A DNA stretch of 64,000 nucleotides from Octopus sinensis (lineage: Eukaryota), in NCBI RefSeq assembly GCF_006345805.1, contig NW_021833893.1, positions 336,001 to 400,000 of the forward strand, given 5' to 3'. The first letter of the stretch is position 1; the number at the start of each line of letters is the position of its first letter. The notes beneath the pieces are model-generated. The model saw nothing but the letters and a program-made list of their open reading frames with translations. It had not been told where the DNA came from and searched no databases. Positions 12,166 to 23,655 of the stretch are shown here, piece by piece. The translations under genes were made by a program, and so were the position numbers.

Positions 12166-13870
12166 CGTGTGCGCGAATATTTATAGTCTTCTAAGAGAGA
12201 AGAAAATAAAAATGGACTCTTCATGTGGGAATGAAATAGTATGAAATTTTGTGTTGTTTCTTATATTTAAACTAATCTACAGAGATAAAGAGATTGAGTG
12301 AAGATACAAATATAAATCTGGCACTTCCACTTTTATTGAATCTGGAGATCCTAGTGGAGGATAAACATATTCTTCTAAAATAGCATATTCCACTAAACTG
12401 AAGGAGCATATGTACTGCATGATAAATAATGATTTAATTTCAAGTAACATGCAACAAAGCAAAAGCTGTGTGATGAATAAAAATGTGAAATACAATATGT
12501 CAGTATTTTTGGAATGTCTTCGAGGTTTGAAATTTATCATAGCAAATGAAAACTACCAATCAATAAATGTAGGTATAAGCTTAAAAATAGTCTCCAGATA
12601 AGTTTGTTTAGAATTTTGGAAATGGCTCTTTCCTGTAGATACGCACTTCGTTTGGTATATATTTAGTTAAGCGTAATATTTTCTCTTGATTCCCTGGTTT
12701 CAGTTTGTATTTGTAGTCATTCACATCACTGGTTCTCTTGAAAAAGCCGCGGAAACTGTACAATCTATTCTGTTTTTGTTGTTTTTTATAATCGAAAGGC
12801 TTCTACTTGCACCAGAAATGCTCATAATATTCACAAGAGCAGAACGATAATTTTTCGGAAAAATACAAAATTTCTGAAGTTTGGTCCATTGAAATTTGAG
12901 TTTAGGGATGTATTTACACAATCATAAATATATGGCTAAAAAGTGGAATACTGAACAGAGAATTACGGCTGTCAGATTCAGATGTGTGCATGTTAAAAAT
13001 ATGCTTTCTAAATGAATTTACAGGTAATTAATTATATTAACAAGGATTATCGCTATATATTCACAATCACTGAACACATAGTTACATCAGTCTTACACAG
13101 GGAATACACTAATAAAGAAAACGAATCTTAATTCGGCAGGCATTGTGTAGCACAATGGAAACATGAAGAGGAGAAATCCGTATTAAAACATTAGTTTGCA
13201 TAATTCTAAAATGTTTTCCAATCTAGTATGTAAACTTAAAATATTCATCAACATGTTTTCTGAATCGAATCATTAACTTCTTTAAGCCACTTCAATGATG
13301 TTTAAATCTCAGATATGCAAAGTAGTAACTCGATGAATTCGGTAATCATCTGTATCATTTTCTAAGTTTGATTTTCTTTTAATTGAAGAGAGAATTTCTG
13401 TTGGTTTGTTTCGTTTTTAATTCCTCGCCTTTTCGGTTTGATTTATTTCCTGTGAGTATAAAATAATGCATGAAAAATACAAATTGTTATTTTGCATTAC
13501 ACAACAAATTCAAGTTAGTGACAATATGAAGTCTCTGGGTCACTTATTTTATCAACAAAACTTACGATCAAAAGGTATAATGATACGAACCTTGTTTCGT
13601 ACGATATGTGATTTTGTATATCTATTGGATAGGGGAATATTAGTGTTGACTCAGCTAAACTATGAGAGAACGCTCCATAAATGTCTAAGGTAACAAAACA
13701 GGGGTTTGATACGAAATAAAAATTCTATTTAAACATCATCATAAACAACGATAAAAGTTCCCATTAATAATTTAATAACATATTTTCTATGTGCCTGTCT
13801 CTTTTTCTGTCATGCATACGCACATACACATACTTGCATATATGTATGTATATGTATGTCTGGGTGTGTG

Positions 13871-13910
<40 letters not shown>

Positions 13911-13934
13911 TTGTTTTCTTTTTGTAAATTCCAG

Positions 13935-13980
<46 letters not shown>

Positions 13981-14174
13981 TACGGAAGGGGGGAGTGCAT
14001 CTTACAGTCTAGGTAGGGGCGCTGCGAGCTGATTTAGGTGTGTACACACCATTTGTCAATAAGCGAGATATATTCTCTGTGACTAAACGCAGTGAGTAGC
14101 TTGTTTCCCAGTTCGAACATGCATCATGTATATTCGGACTGATAATAACATTACAATACATACACCCACCCACC

Positions 14175-14226
<52 letters not shown>

Positions 14227-14234
14227 TATATACA

Positions 14235-14646
14235 CATTCTTCTACACACTTTGTCACTCTTTTACTTGTTTCAGCCATTTGACCATGCTGGAGCACCGCC
14301 TTTTGTAGTTGAAGAAATCGACCCCAGGACTTATTTTTTGTCAACCTGGTACTTATTCTATCAGTACGTTGTTGCCGAACCGCTAAGTTATGGGGACGTA
14401 AACACACCATCATCGGTTGTCAAGTGATGGTGGAGGAACAAACACAGACACAAGAACATACAAACAAATATATACATATATATATACGACAGTCTCCTTT
14501 TCAGTTTCCGTCTACCAAATCCACTCACAAGGCTTTGGTTGGTCCATGGCTCTAGTAAAAATCTCTTGCCTAAGTTGCAACGCAGTGGGACTGAACCCGG
14601 AACTATGTGGTTGGGAAGCTTCTCACCACACATCCACACCTGCGCC
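14235..14646 (-). mobile_element. SINE family A copy
   Basis: Reverse complement of the 1746-2160 family. Confidence 0.8.
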
Positions 14647-14730
14647 TGTATATATATATATATATATATATAATTAGTGAATGGAAGAAATGGAGTTGAA
14701 GGAAGATTGTACAGAATTCCTTTTATTACA

Positions 14731-14810
14731 TTCTACACATGTTTCAAAGGCCACAATTTTCCAAATTCTGATTAAATAAGGATACCATATTGCAGCTTTC
14801 TCTTCAGGAA
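14731..14810 (-). ncRNA. HHR in the pLTR of the left arm
   Basis: Mirror image of 18030-18109. Confidence 0.6.
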
Positions 14811-15449
14811 AAACCAGGAATTACGTTGTCAGAACAAAACAAAACAGAGGCGCAGCAAAGGAATTCGAACGAGGACGCTCCTTAAGAGCCCATGGGTAAA
14901 CTGTTTAACAATGTACGTTGAAATCGGGGGGTTGGTGGGGGCCGACAAAAGGTCCGTTGGAATAAATCCAGGTCAGGCCGCGGTCAAATCTAGTAGGTGA
15001 GGAATTAATGAGAACAAGGGGTGTGGAGATGTTCTGTGTGACCAAAACTAATGTTCTGAATATTTTAAGAATACAGGGTGTATTTTTTAGGTGCGAGACA
15101 AAACCTACCTAAAAGCATGTATGTGTATACTAGCCTATGTGTGCGCCGCCGTATGTTGGCGAGGGGCGCTAGATAATGAGCACTGCTGAAAAAAGCCTGT
15201 CAGGCGGCTGAAAAAATTCTGTGTTCGTGTGTTCGTCTGTGGCTTGCTTGTCTAAAAATTATCATCGTCAAAGAATCATGAGGGTATATAATTCCAGCGT
15301 TTGCTTCTAAAAAACCGACCAATCGCCTAAGGGGAGTAATTTCCCCTTGCAAGAGTTATTCAGAGATTTTTTAAAAAGTTTTTTCAAAAATTATTTCCAA
15401 AAATTATTTTCATTTTAATAGGGTAACAAGGTGTTAATTGTCTTAGGTA

Positions 15450-16639
15450 TCATTTATATGTAAGATAAGTATGACGCCGCCAATGGGGACATCGAAAAGC
15501 CGTCTGTAAAAGCCCGTTTACCAAACGGCCTCTGGCGAACAATATGTGGAAAAGCTCAGAGTTACAAAGATTACACCTCCTTCTGCCCCTATCAAACGGG
15601 AGGGCCACCGAAAAAATCGACCATTCCAGCCTAAAAACTGAATTCGCGTTTTTCAAACGCCAGATAAGTTTGCTAAGTCCTGTAGCTTGGTATTTATTAA
15701 CGTCGCGAAAAGTTGCGAAATGGTTCGATATTCTCAAGGCCAATTTTGACGATGAGGCCCCGACATACGAGTAGACATCCGAATCCGTGTAAACATTGCA
15801 TTGGTAAATGGCATTTCTGATCTTGGAGTTACTAGACAAGAACCTTATTCTATTGGGATTAGCTTCTGATATTAATACTGCGTTTCTGTTACTATATTGA
15901 CTGTGAGAACTGCGGCCGCCTACTACATTATACTCCTCATTATCAATATTAATTAACGGACTATCCCCTGTGTATTCCCTATCACTGAGAACGCTGTGAT
16001 TGCTAGTATCCGTGGACCTACTATCGTCGGAAACGTTGCTAAAGTTGCTATTATGACTCTCTACATTAATGACCCGAACTGCGCTCACCTCCCTATAACC
16101 ATTACTAACTTTATTAACATCATCATTTCTTCTATCGTTAATCCTATTATTTACTCCCTGGTTGGTACTGAGATTACCAGTCACTGTACTGGCTCTTTTA
16201 TCATTATTACTACTATTATTATTCCTACTGCGCGTTAAACTGGAAGTAGACGGAGCTGCGCCTCCGGACAATGGTGATAGGGTCTTAGTAAGCAGCCTAT
16301 TATTATGGGAGGCGATTATCTGGGAAAGGTTTTTTGTGTTGGAGAAAGCTATCCTAACTTTATGTGAATTAACCGTGGAGTAATATTTGGAATTTCTGGG
16401 AAAGTTACTGGCAATGGCTTGGCGAAACAGGAGGGGAAGATTAGTTCTAATCTGCTTACCAAAGGGAATTACAAACCAGATATGTTTATTCCTATTTTTG
16501 TGATGGGTCGGAGAGCCAGCTCTGACATTAGGGTGGGTGATTCTAGGTTGAATAAAAGGTTTTGGTTTAGTATGACGTCCCCCGGACCGTAAATTACCTA
16601 TGTTCCCTAAATTAAATCCAGAAGTACCTGCTCCAACAC
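15450..16639 (-). CDS. 5'-truncated PLE ORF: post-RT linker, Asn/Ser-rich insertion, GIY-YIG endonuclease
   Basis: HIWFVIPFGKQIRTN...HNNRLL linker; NAIYQC...YVGASS...RISNHFATF...TGLSKLIW.LK...CNLCNSE...CPH. The annotated N-terminus (16640-16844) is antisense arm sequence. Confidence 0.85.
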
Positions 16640-16655
16640 TAAAAGAGCCAGTACA

Positions 16656-17390
16656 GTGACTGGTAATCTCAGTACCAACCAGGGAGTAAATAATAGGATT
16701 AACGATAGAAGAAATGGTGATGTTAATAAAGTTAGTAATGGTTATAGGGAGGTGAGCGCAGTTCGGGTCATTAATGTAGAGAGTCATAATAGCAACTTTA
16801 GCAACGTTTCCGACAATAGTAGGTCCACGGATACTAGCAATCACAGCGTTCTCAGTGATAGGGAATACACATGGGATAGTCCGTTAATTAATATTGATAA
16901 TGAGGAGTATAATGTAGTAGGCGGCCGCAGTTCTCACAGTCAATATAGTAACAGAAACGCAGTATTAATATCTGAAGCTAATCCCAATAGAATAAGGTTC
17001 TTGTCTAGTAACTCCAAGATCAGAAATGCCATTTACCAATGCAATGTTTACACGGATTCGGATGTCTACTCGTATGTCGGGGCCTCATCGTCAAAATTGG
17101 CCTTGAGAATATCGAACCATTTCGCAACTTTTCGCGACGTTAATAAATACCAAGCTACAGGACTTAGCAAACTTATCTGGCGTTTGAAAAACGCGAATTC
17201 AGTTTTTAGGCTGGAATGGTCGATTTTTTCGGTGGCCCTCCCGTTTGATAGGGGCAGAAGGAGGTGTAATCTTTGTAACTCTGAGCTTTTCCACATATTG
17301 TTCGCCAGAGGCCGTTTGGTAAACGGGCTTTTACAGACGGCTTTTCGACGTCCCCATTGGCGGCGTCATACTTATCTTACATATAAATGA
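16656..17390 (+). CDS. Mirror copy of the PLE GIY-YIG endonuclease fragment
   Basis: Near-identical protein to the C-terminal part of 15450-16639. Confidence 0.85.
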   Translation: MTGNLSTNQGVNNRINDRRNGDVNKVSNGYREVSAVRVINVESHNSNFSNVSDNSRSTDTSNHSVLSDREYTWDSPLINIDNEEYNVVGGRSSHSQYSNRNAVLISEANPNRIRFLSSNSKIRNAIYQCNVYTDSDVYSYVGASSSKLALRISNHFATFRDVNKYQATGLSKLIWRLKNANSVFRLEWSIFSVALPFDRGRRRCNLCNSELFHILFARGRLVNGLLQTAFRRPHWRRHTYLTYK

Positions 17391-18029
17391 TACCTAAGAC
17401 AATTAACACCTTGTTACCCTATTAAAATGAAAATAATTTTTGGAAATAATTTTTGAAAAAACTTTTTAAAAAATCTCTGAATAACTCTTGCAAGGGGAAA
17501 TTACTCCCCTTAGGCGATTGGTCGGTTTTTTAGAAGCAAACGCTGGAATTATATACCCTCATGATTCTTTGACGATGATAATTTTTAGACAAGCAGGCCA
17601 CAGACGAACACACGAACACAGAATTTTTTCAGCCGCCTGACAGGCTTTTTTCAGCAGTGCTCATTATCTAGCGCCCCTCGCCAACATACGGCGGCGCACA
17701 CATAGGCTAGTATACACATACATGCTTTTAGGTAGGTTTTGTCTCGCACCTAAAAAATACACCCTGTATTCTTAAAATATTCAGAACATTAGTTTTGGTC
17801 ACACAGAACATCTCCACACCCCTTGTTCTCATTAATTCCTCACCTACTAGATTTGACCGCGGCCTGACATGGATTTATTCCAACGGACCTTTTGTCGGCC
17901 CCCACCAACCCCCCGATTTCAACGTACATTGTTAAACAGTTTACCCATGGGCTCTTAAGGAGCGTCCTCGTTCGAATTCCTTTGCTGCGCCTCTGTTTTG
18001 TTTTGTTCTGACAACGTAATTCCTGGTTT

Positions 18030-18109
18030 TTCCTGAAGAGAAAGCTGCAATATGGTATCCTTATTTAATCAGAATTTGGAAAATTGTGGCCTTTGAAACA
18101 TGTGTAGAA
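18030..18109 (+). ncRNA. HHR in the pLTR of the right arm
   Basis: TTC-CTGAAGA-G-AAAGCTGCAA...TTGTGGCCTTT-GAAA-CATGTG-TA-GAA, followed by AATAAA. Confidence 0.6.
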
Positions 18110-18537
18110 TGTAATAAAAGGAATTCTGTACAATCTTCGTTCAACTCCATTTCTTCCATTCACTAATTATATTAAACTTCAATTATCCGCACCAACGCAC
18201 GGTTGCAACACCATATGGTCTTATCTCCAACCGTGTTTTTTCTGCTGTGATTTTTGTTACCCAGATATCGGTTAAACTTTTGAATAATCCGTAACAAGAA
18301 AATTCATCTTTCCATTTAAGCAAATATATATATATATATATATATATATTACTGTTTTTATGCTTAGTTAAAATAAAAACAATTTTACATTAATCTGACG
18401 TTATTTTACAGTAATACTTTTGTAGCGTACTAATTATTATTCTTAAACAAGACTGCTGATGACAGTGACTTCCAAGATTCGACTAGCTAAGCCATCGTCG
18501 GATTCCGATGCATTGAAGTTAGTATTATCTTTATATA

Positions 18538-18894
18538 CAGGGTGGTCCGAAAGCCTTGTCACCACCTGTAAATATTGTTTTAATTTTCTATTATCAAGGA
18601 GAGGGCTTCACAAGAGCGATACCGGAATACCCAACAGTCGAAGGACATTGTATCGGCAGCCTTTGCAACAATCACCAAAGCACAGCTTCGTTAAATATTA
18701 CACAGGACATGGCACCGCATCATTTTGTGTTACGAAAATGATAGTGTTCGAACAAACCTTCACCATATGTAATAGTATCAGTGTCAATGAAAGTAAATAT
18801 ACTAAAACCACTACATGTGTTTCATATTATTATATTGTTCTTCCGTTATTCTTAGTACTATCCGGTAGGTGGGGACAAGACTTTCGGACCACTG
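18538..18894. mobile_element. Tc1/mariner-type MITE
   Basis: TIRs CAGGGTGGTCCGAAAGCCTTGTCACCACCT / AGGTGGGGACAAGACTTTCGGACCACTG; TA at the left end. Confidence 0.7.
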
Positions 18895-19049
18895 CATAGT
18901 CTCTGCTGAGTGAAAATTATATTTGAATATGTGGGTTTGAGTGGGGTGATAATTAGATTCTATAGTTGGTTGTTATGGAAAGGTATAACATATACATACA
19001 TGCATACATACATACATACATACACATACACATATATGTATTGTGTGTG

Positions 19050-19082
<33 letters not shown>

Positions 19083-19117
19083 GTATATGTATGTATATGT
19101 GTGTGTCTGTGTGTGTA

Positions 19118-19395
19118 GGCGCAGGCGAATATGTGTGATAAGAAGCTTGTTTCGGACCACATGGTTCCGAGTTCAGTCCCATTGCGTGGCATTTTCAGCA
19201 AGTGCCTTCTACTATAGTCACAGGCCGTCCAAAGCCTTGTGAGTGGATTTGGTAGACGGAAATCGAAAGAAACCCCTCGTGCATATATAGAATAATTATT
19301 AGGCTTACAAAGAATAAGTCCTGGGGTTGGTTTGTTCGACTAAGGGCCGTGCTCCAGCATGGCCGCAGTCAAAGGACTGAAACAAATAAAAGAAT
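19118..19395 (+). mobile_element. SINE family A copy, internally deleted
   Basis: Head and tail match 1746-2160. Confidence 0.75.
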
Positions 19396-19407
19396 ATATA
19401 TATATAC

Positions 19408-20575
19408 TTGGATAACCGTTCTGAACTAGGAGTATCCTGTATACACTGTGCCACCCGTACTTTTAAGTATTTTAAATAATAACATTCATACCAATTCTAA
19501 ATTTTCAAATCTTAATATCTTGTAACCAAATAAGGGATTAATATACCAAACTGGCTTTTATTTAACCTGCATAGATTATTAAGAAATTTTATAATATAAA
19601 TAAATTTGAATAAAGTGAAATCAGAATTTTTTTATAATCTCCTATATGAGGTTGCAAAATCCTATATATCTAGGGAAATTATTTGGTTCATTTTGATTAC
19701 CTCCCTTCCATTACTTTTTAATATGACTTATAGACTCCTGATATATGTGCTAATTGATAAGGTTTTTTTTTTTTACAGTTAGTAAATATTATATCTAGCA
19801 TATTCTTTTAATTTAACTCATTAATAAAATAAATCCCTATTTACTAACTAACTACGATTATATATTAATAGAAATGGATATATATATATATAAATTTATA
19901 TAAGTATGAAATGATTTCTATATTTTATATCCCTATATAAGATACCAAAATTTATTGGAATCCTTTGGAAAAACTATCTAAAAGATATTTATTTAAAATT
20001 CACAAGCAGAATTATGGCTGTTAAATGGCAAGGGGCATTAGAAATCTCTAGAGCATTAGTAGTCTCTATTCCCCCTACCCCACTAACTTCAGCCACTAAA
20101 TTTTGCTAAAATACATTCAAATAGGCCTAAGTTAAATTCCTCATAATGAGGATGGATTTACGGCTTTGACATTTGTACTACCCCTTCCTCTATCTATAAA
20201 TAGAAAAAAATATTGTTTGTCTTCATTGAATCAAGAAAAGAAACCCCTTCCCCACTGACAGATCTAAATAACAAAGTGAACTCAGTGACAAAAAATCTAC
20301 AGATGGAGAAGGACATACTACCACCATGTTCTTATTGATGAAATTAGCCTCTCTGTCTATATATCTACCCTCTTTGTAATGTTGGCAAATGAAATAAGTA
20401 TAAAAATGTCCATTGTCCATTTAATTAAAACATTCTGTATGTGGCTGAAGATTGCTCAACATTTTAAAACTGATGTAATACTTACAGTGTTTAATAAAAT
20501 GAAGTAGCATGAAACGATTGTACTACACTAACTTGGATATCCTTGTTGCAAATTTTGCTGAACTTATAAATATAT
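19408..20575 (+). mobile_element. 5'-truncated PLE 3' end/pLTR related to the 42581-45660 element
   Basis: Start matches the ORF end at 45542-45640 (NRSELGVSCIH); 20180-20570 matches 42600-42935; flanked by (TA)n. Confidence 0.8.
20440..20527 (+). ncRNA. HHR in pLTR
   Basis: TGTGG-CTGAAGA-TTGCT...AGCAT-GAAA-CGATTG-TA-CTACA. Confidence 0.72.
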
Positions 20576-20674
20576 ATATATATAAAACATACCATCTACT
20601 AGTATATATATATGTGTATGTGTGTGTATTCATGCATATATGTATGTCTGTTTATGTGTATGTATGTGTGAATT

Positions 20675-20865
20675 TGTGTTTGTCCCCCACCCCTGCTTGA
20701 CAAGCGCCGTTCATGTGTTTAAGTCCCCGTAACCCAGCGGTTCAGCAATAGAGATCGGTAGAATAAGCACTAGACTTAGAAAAACGAGTCCTGTGCTCGA
20801 TTTGCTTGACTAAACCCCTCCAAGGCGGTGCCCGACTATGGATGTAGTCAAATGACTGAAAAAAA
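20675..20865 (+). mobile_element. SINE family A 3' part
   Basis: Homologous to 1960-2140. Confidence 0.65.
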
Positions 20866-20876
20866 CCCAAACACAA

Positions 20877-20925
<49 letters not shown>

Positions 20926-22309
20926 TATATATAATAAATTACCGCATCCTACCTAAATTGGATGTTTTCTCGGTAAACGTGCCGAGAAATCATCTCGTTT
21001 AGGCGACAAATGTTAAAAAACAAAATTTCTTCAGCATTGCTGGATGGCACAATTGTATCGCGTGATTTCGTCTTAGAACATTCAGTTTAGGTTGGATGTG
21101 CTAATACGAAGTCTGATTCGTCGCTAGTAGCTAATATTCATACATATATACATCTGTGTGTGTGTGTGTGTGCGTAATCGAAATAAGGCGTCAATGAAAG
21201 AGTTTATGACATCCTTCATGAGCAGTTACAATTTTGTTTGCTGCAACTCTGTTTTTGAATGCTATTTCACGCAGTTCTCTGTAGTTTAAAACGTTAGTGT
21301 AGAACGTAATCATTCATGTATCACAGGAGCGCTCTTACATCCGTTAAAACCGCAAGTATTACGAAATCTTTCACATGGAACTTTCGCATGAATTGGCTGT
21401 TAGAACAGAAACGGTTGTAGCTAGTCATTAAAGAGGTGATACACTCTCTCTTTGTCTTCGTATTTGGATTATATTTTATTCTTCAGCAAAACCCACTCAT
21501 GTGACAACTGGATTTTTTGCACCTGGAGGATTTGATCTTACTTAGGACTACAATTTAAGAGTGTTGATAACCTCAAGCTCGACTCGAGCGGCGCATTGTA
21601 ATGACACCGTTTCACTGCCCGTCCAGAACCTTAATACATACACACGCACACATACATACATTCATATATACATACACACACACTTACATACATCCATCCA
21701 TCCATCCATCCATCCATCCATCCATCCATACATACATACATACGTGCGTGCGTACATACATACATACTTACATACACACAGGCATGCATACATACACACG
21801 ACGCCGTCAGCATCGGACGTGAAGGTGTAGAGGACCGTTTAAAAAGTCCGTTTTGAACGCCTTCCTCTAGAAATATGCCGACTTCTCCAGCCTAAATCGA
21901 TAACTGGTTTATTTCTCCAATAATTTGTAAGAGAAACACCTTTTACTCACCGACGTAGCGTTATCTTGAACAGATTTTAAAATATACTCCTACACCACAT
22001 GGAATCTCGCTAACACGATTATGACTGAAACTAAAACCACCACGGATGAAACTGACAACGTCACCACGAATAAAAAACAGAACTACTTCACCAGTAAGCT
22101 ATTTAAGAAGATGTAAATACAAGTGCAATCAGTGAGTGGAACAGTAAAAACATGCGACCCTTTTCTCAAATTCCCAATCTGAATTTGTGTTATCTACATA
22201 CCAAAGATGGAGCCTTATATCAATGTTGGAAACCGGCTCCATCCTCAGTGAAGATGTATAATAATTAAAAAAATAGAATACACACACACACACACACACA
22301 TACTCCACC

Positions 22310-23655
22310 AAAAACATCGACACGCCATCCAACGAACTATAGAACTATACACTCGAATGCTGTTGGAGAAGATTATGGACGTGATTAGGCGTATGAGCTT
22401 TCCGCTACGTTCTAGCCGCACCAGGTCTGGAGGGTGACAACTATAGCATTAGATTAAGGAAATACCAGCCCAGAATTAAAGACCTCGAACCCTTTGAAGC
22501 GGACCTTCTAGGAATTATCTCAAAAGGGAAATTCCATAAGTCCTCTTCCTCCTTCCAACGTAAACTCCGTGCCGACATTAGGATATTAAAAACTCGGATA
22601 GGTCCCTAATTTTCTCCGATAAGACGAAGAACTTATATCGGTTAGATACCATAGAACAACTACTAGAAAATAACATTACACAGACACACAGGCAACCCCC
22701 GCCCCACATACAGCAGTGAAACTAAAAAATTAGCTAATAATTTAGAGATAGGGGACAGGGTAGAAATCCACGCTAAAAGAAACGCTTTCATCACCATAAA
22801 AGGTCACAAACCGAACTTTGCCTCTAACCCTAAGTGCCGCCTTATCAATCCGGGCAAATTCGAGATCGATCTGGTAGAAGAAGAAAACGCCGCAGAAATA
22901 CAATTTGGTTTGCCCCGCCTTCTCCCTTAATACCATAACGCCCGTAGGTAGACTTTTCCTTTAAATTAATAGATGAATACTTTACATACCTCCATTTTCA
23001 ACAGGTGCAACGTTAGGGTCTCGTTTATCTGTGCCCCTAGTGATAAGAGAATCTTAGTTGGCGCCCCTAAGCAACGGGAAGAGGCGGGTTGTTCATGCAG
23101 GATCCACAACAGTTGCTCGGTAGAAGACCGCTGCGAAACCAAAGGCGTTGTCTATCAAGCCGAGGTGCGGGCGAACCCGGCCAATTCCACCGGTAGGAGC
23201 CATAGCAGCTGTACACACGAGGGCAGAGCAAACAACAGACATCCCTCCCCGCCGCCGCGGCGAACAGCCTTACCAACGTCAACAACTGCAACACCAACAG
23301 TGCCGACTACATCGCCGACGGCACCACCACCACCATCACTAACATCGACCACAGTGATATCGCCTCCAACACCAGCCTTACAAATAGCAGACAGGACAGC
23401 ATACCCACTCACAGTTCTCATAGCAGCAGTAACAGGACGAAAAACTATATCGGCCGCAGCAGCAGCACCCCTAACAGAGGCACCACCATAGACGTGAATA
23501 ATGGTAGCCCTATCCAAGGGAACATCACCCCTCCCACCAGGGAAGATAGCAATAATAACAATAATAACAAATATTGTAGCACCTCCGGCTACACCGGTAA
23601 CAGCGACAGCGCACCCTCCACATCCGGCAGTAACATTACCAACGCCACCATAAAT
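22310..23655 (+). mobile_element. Decayed PLE with the RT catalytic core deleted
   Basis: YTRMLLEKIMDVIRRM, DKTKNLY and AFITIKGHKPNFASNPKCRLINPGK join directly to RRNTIWFAPP...FNRCNVRVSF...CSCRIHNSCSVEDRCETKGVVYQAEV. Confidence 0.8.

Larger units (their letters stand above)
14668..18325. mobile_element. Penelope-like element as a head-to-head inverted insertion (arms 14668-16200 and 16640-18172, spacer 16201-16639) in (TA)n
   Basis: 1533 bp arms with only ~7 mismatches seen and no indels; each arm encodes a GIY-YIG endonuclease C-terminus plus a 3' UTR/pLTR with an HHR. Confidence 0.93.

Noticed and set aside
12277-12405. Possible host exon (LVEYAILEEYVYPPLGSPDSIKVEVPDL) after a minus-strand AG acceptor
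   Set aside because: No recognisable domain and no partner exons; cannot be supported without RNA-seq or homology data.
16640-16844. N-terminus of the 464 aa ORF
   Set aside because: It is antisense sequence of the inverted arm that happens to be in frame, not real element coding sequence.
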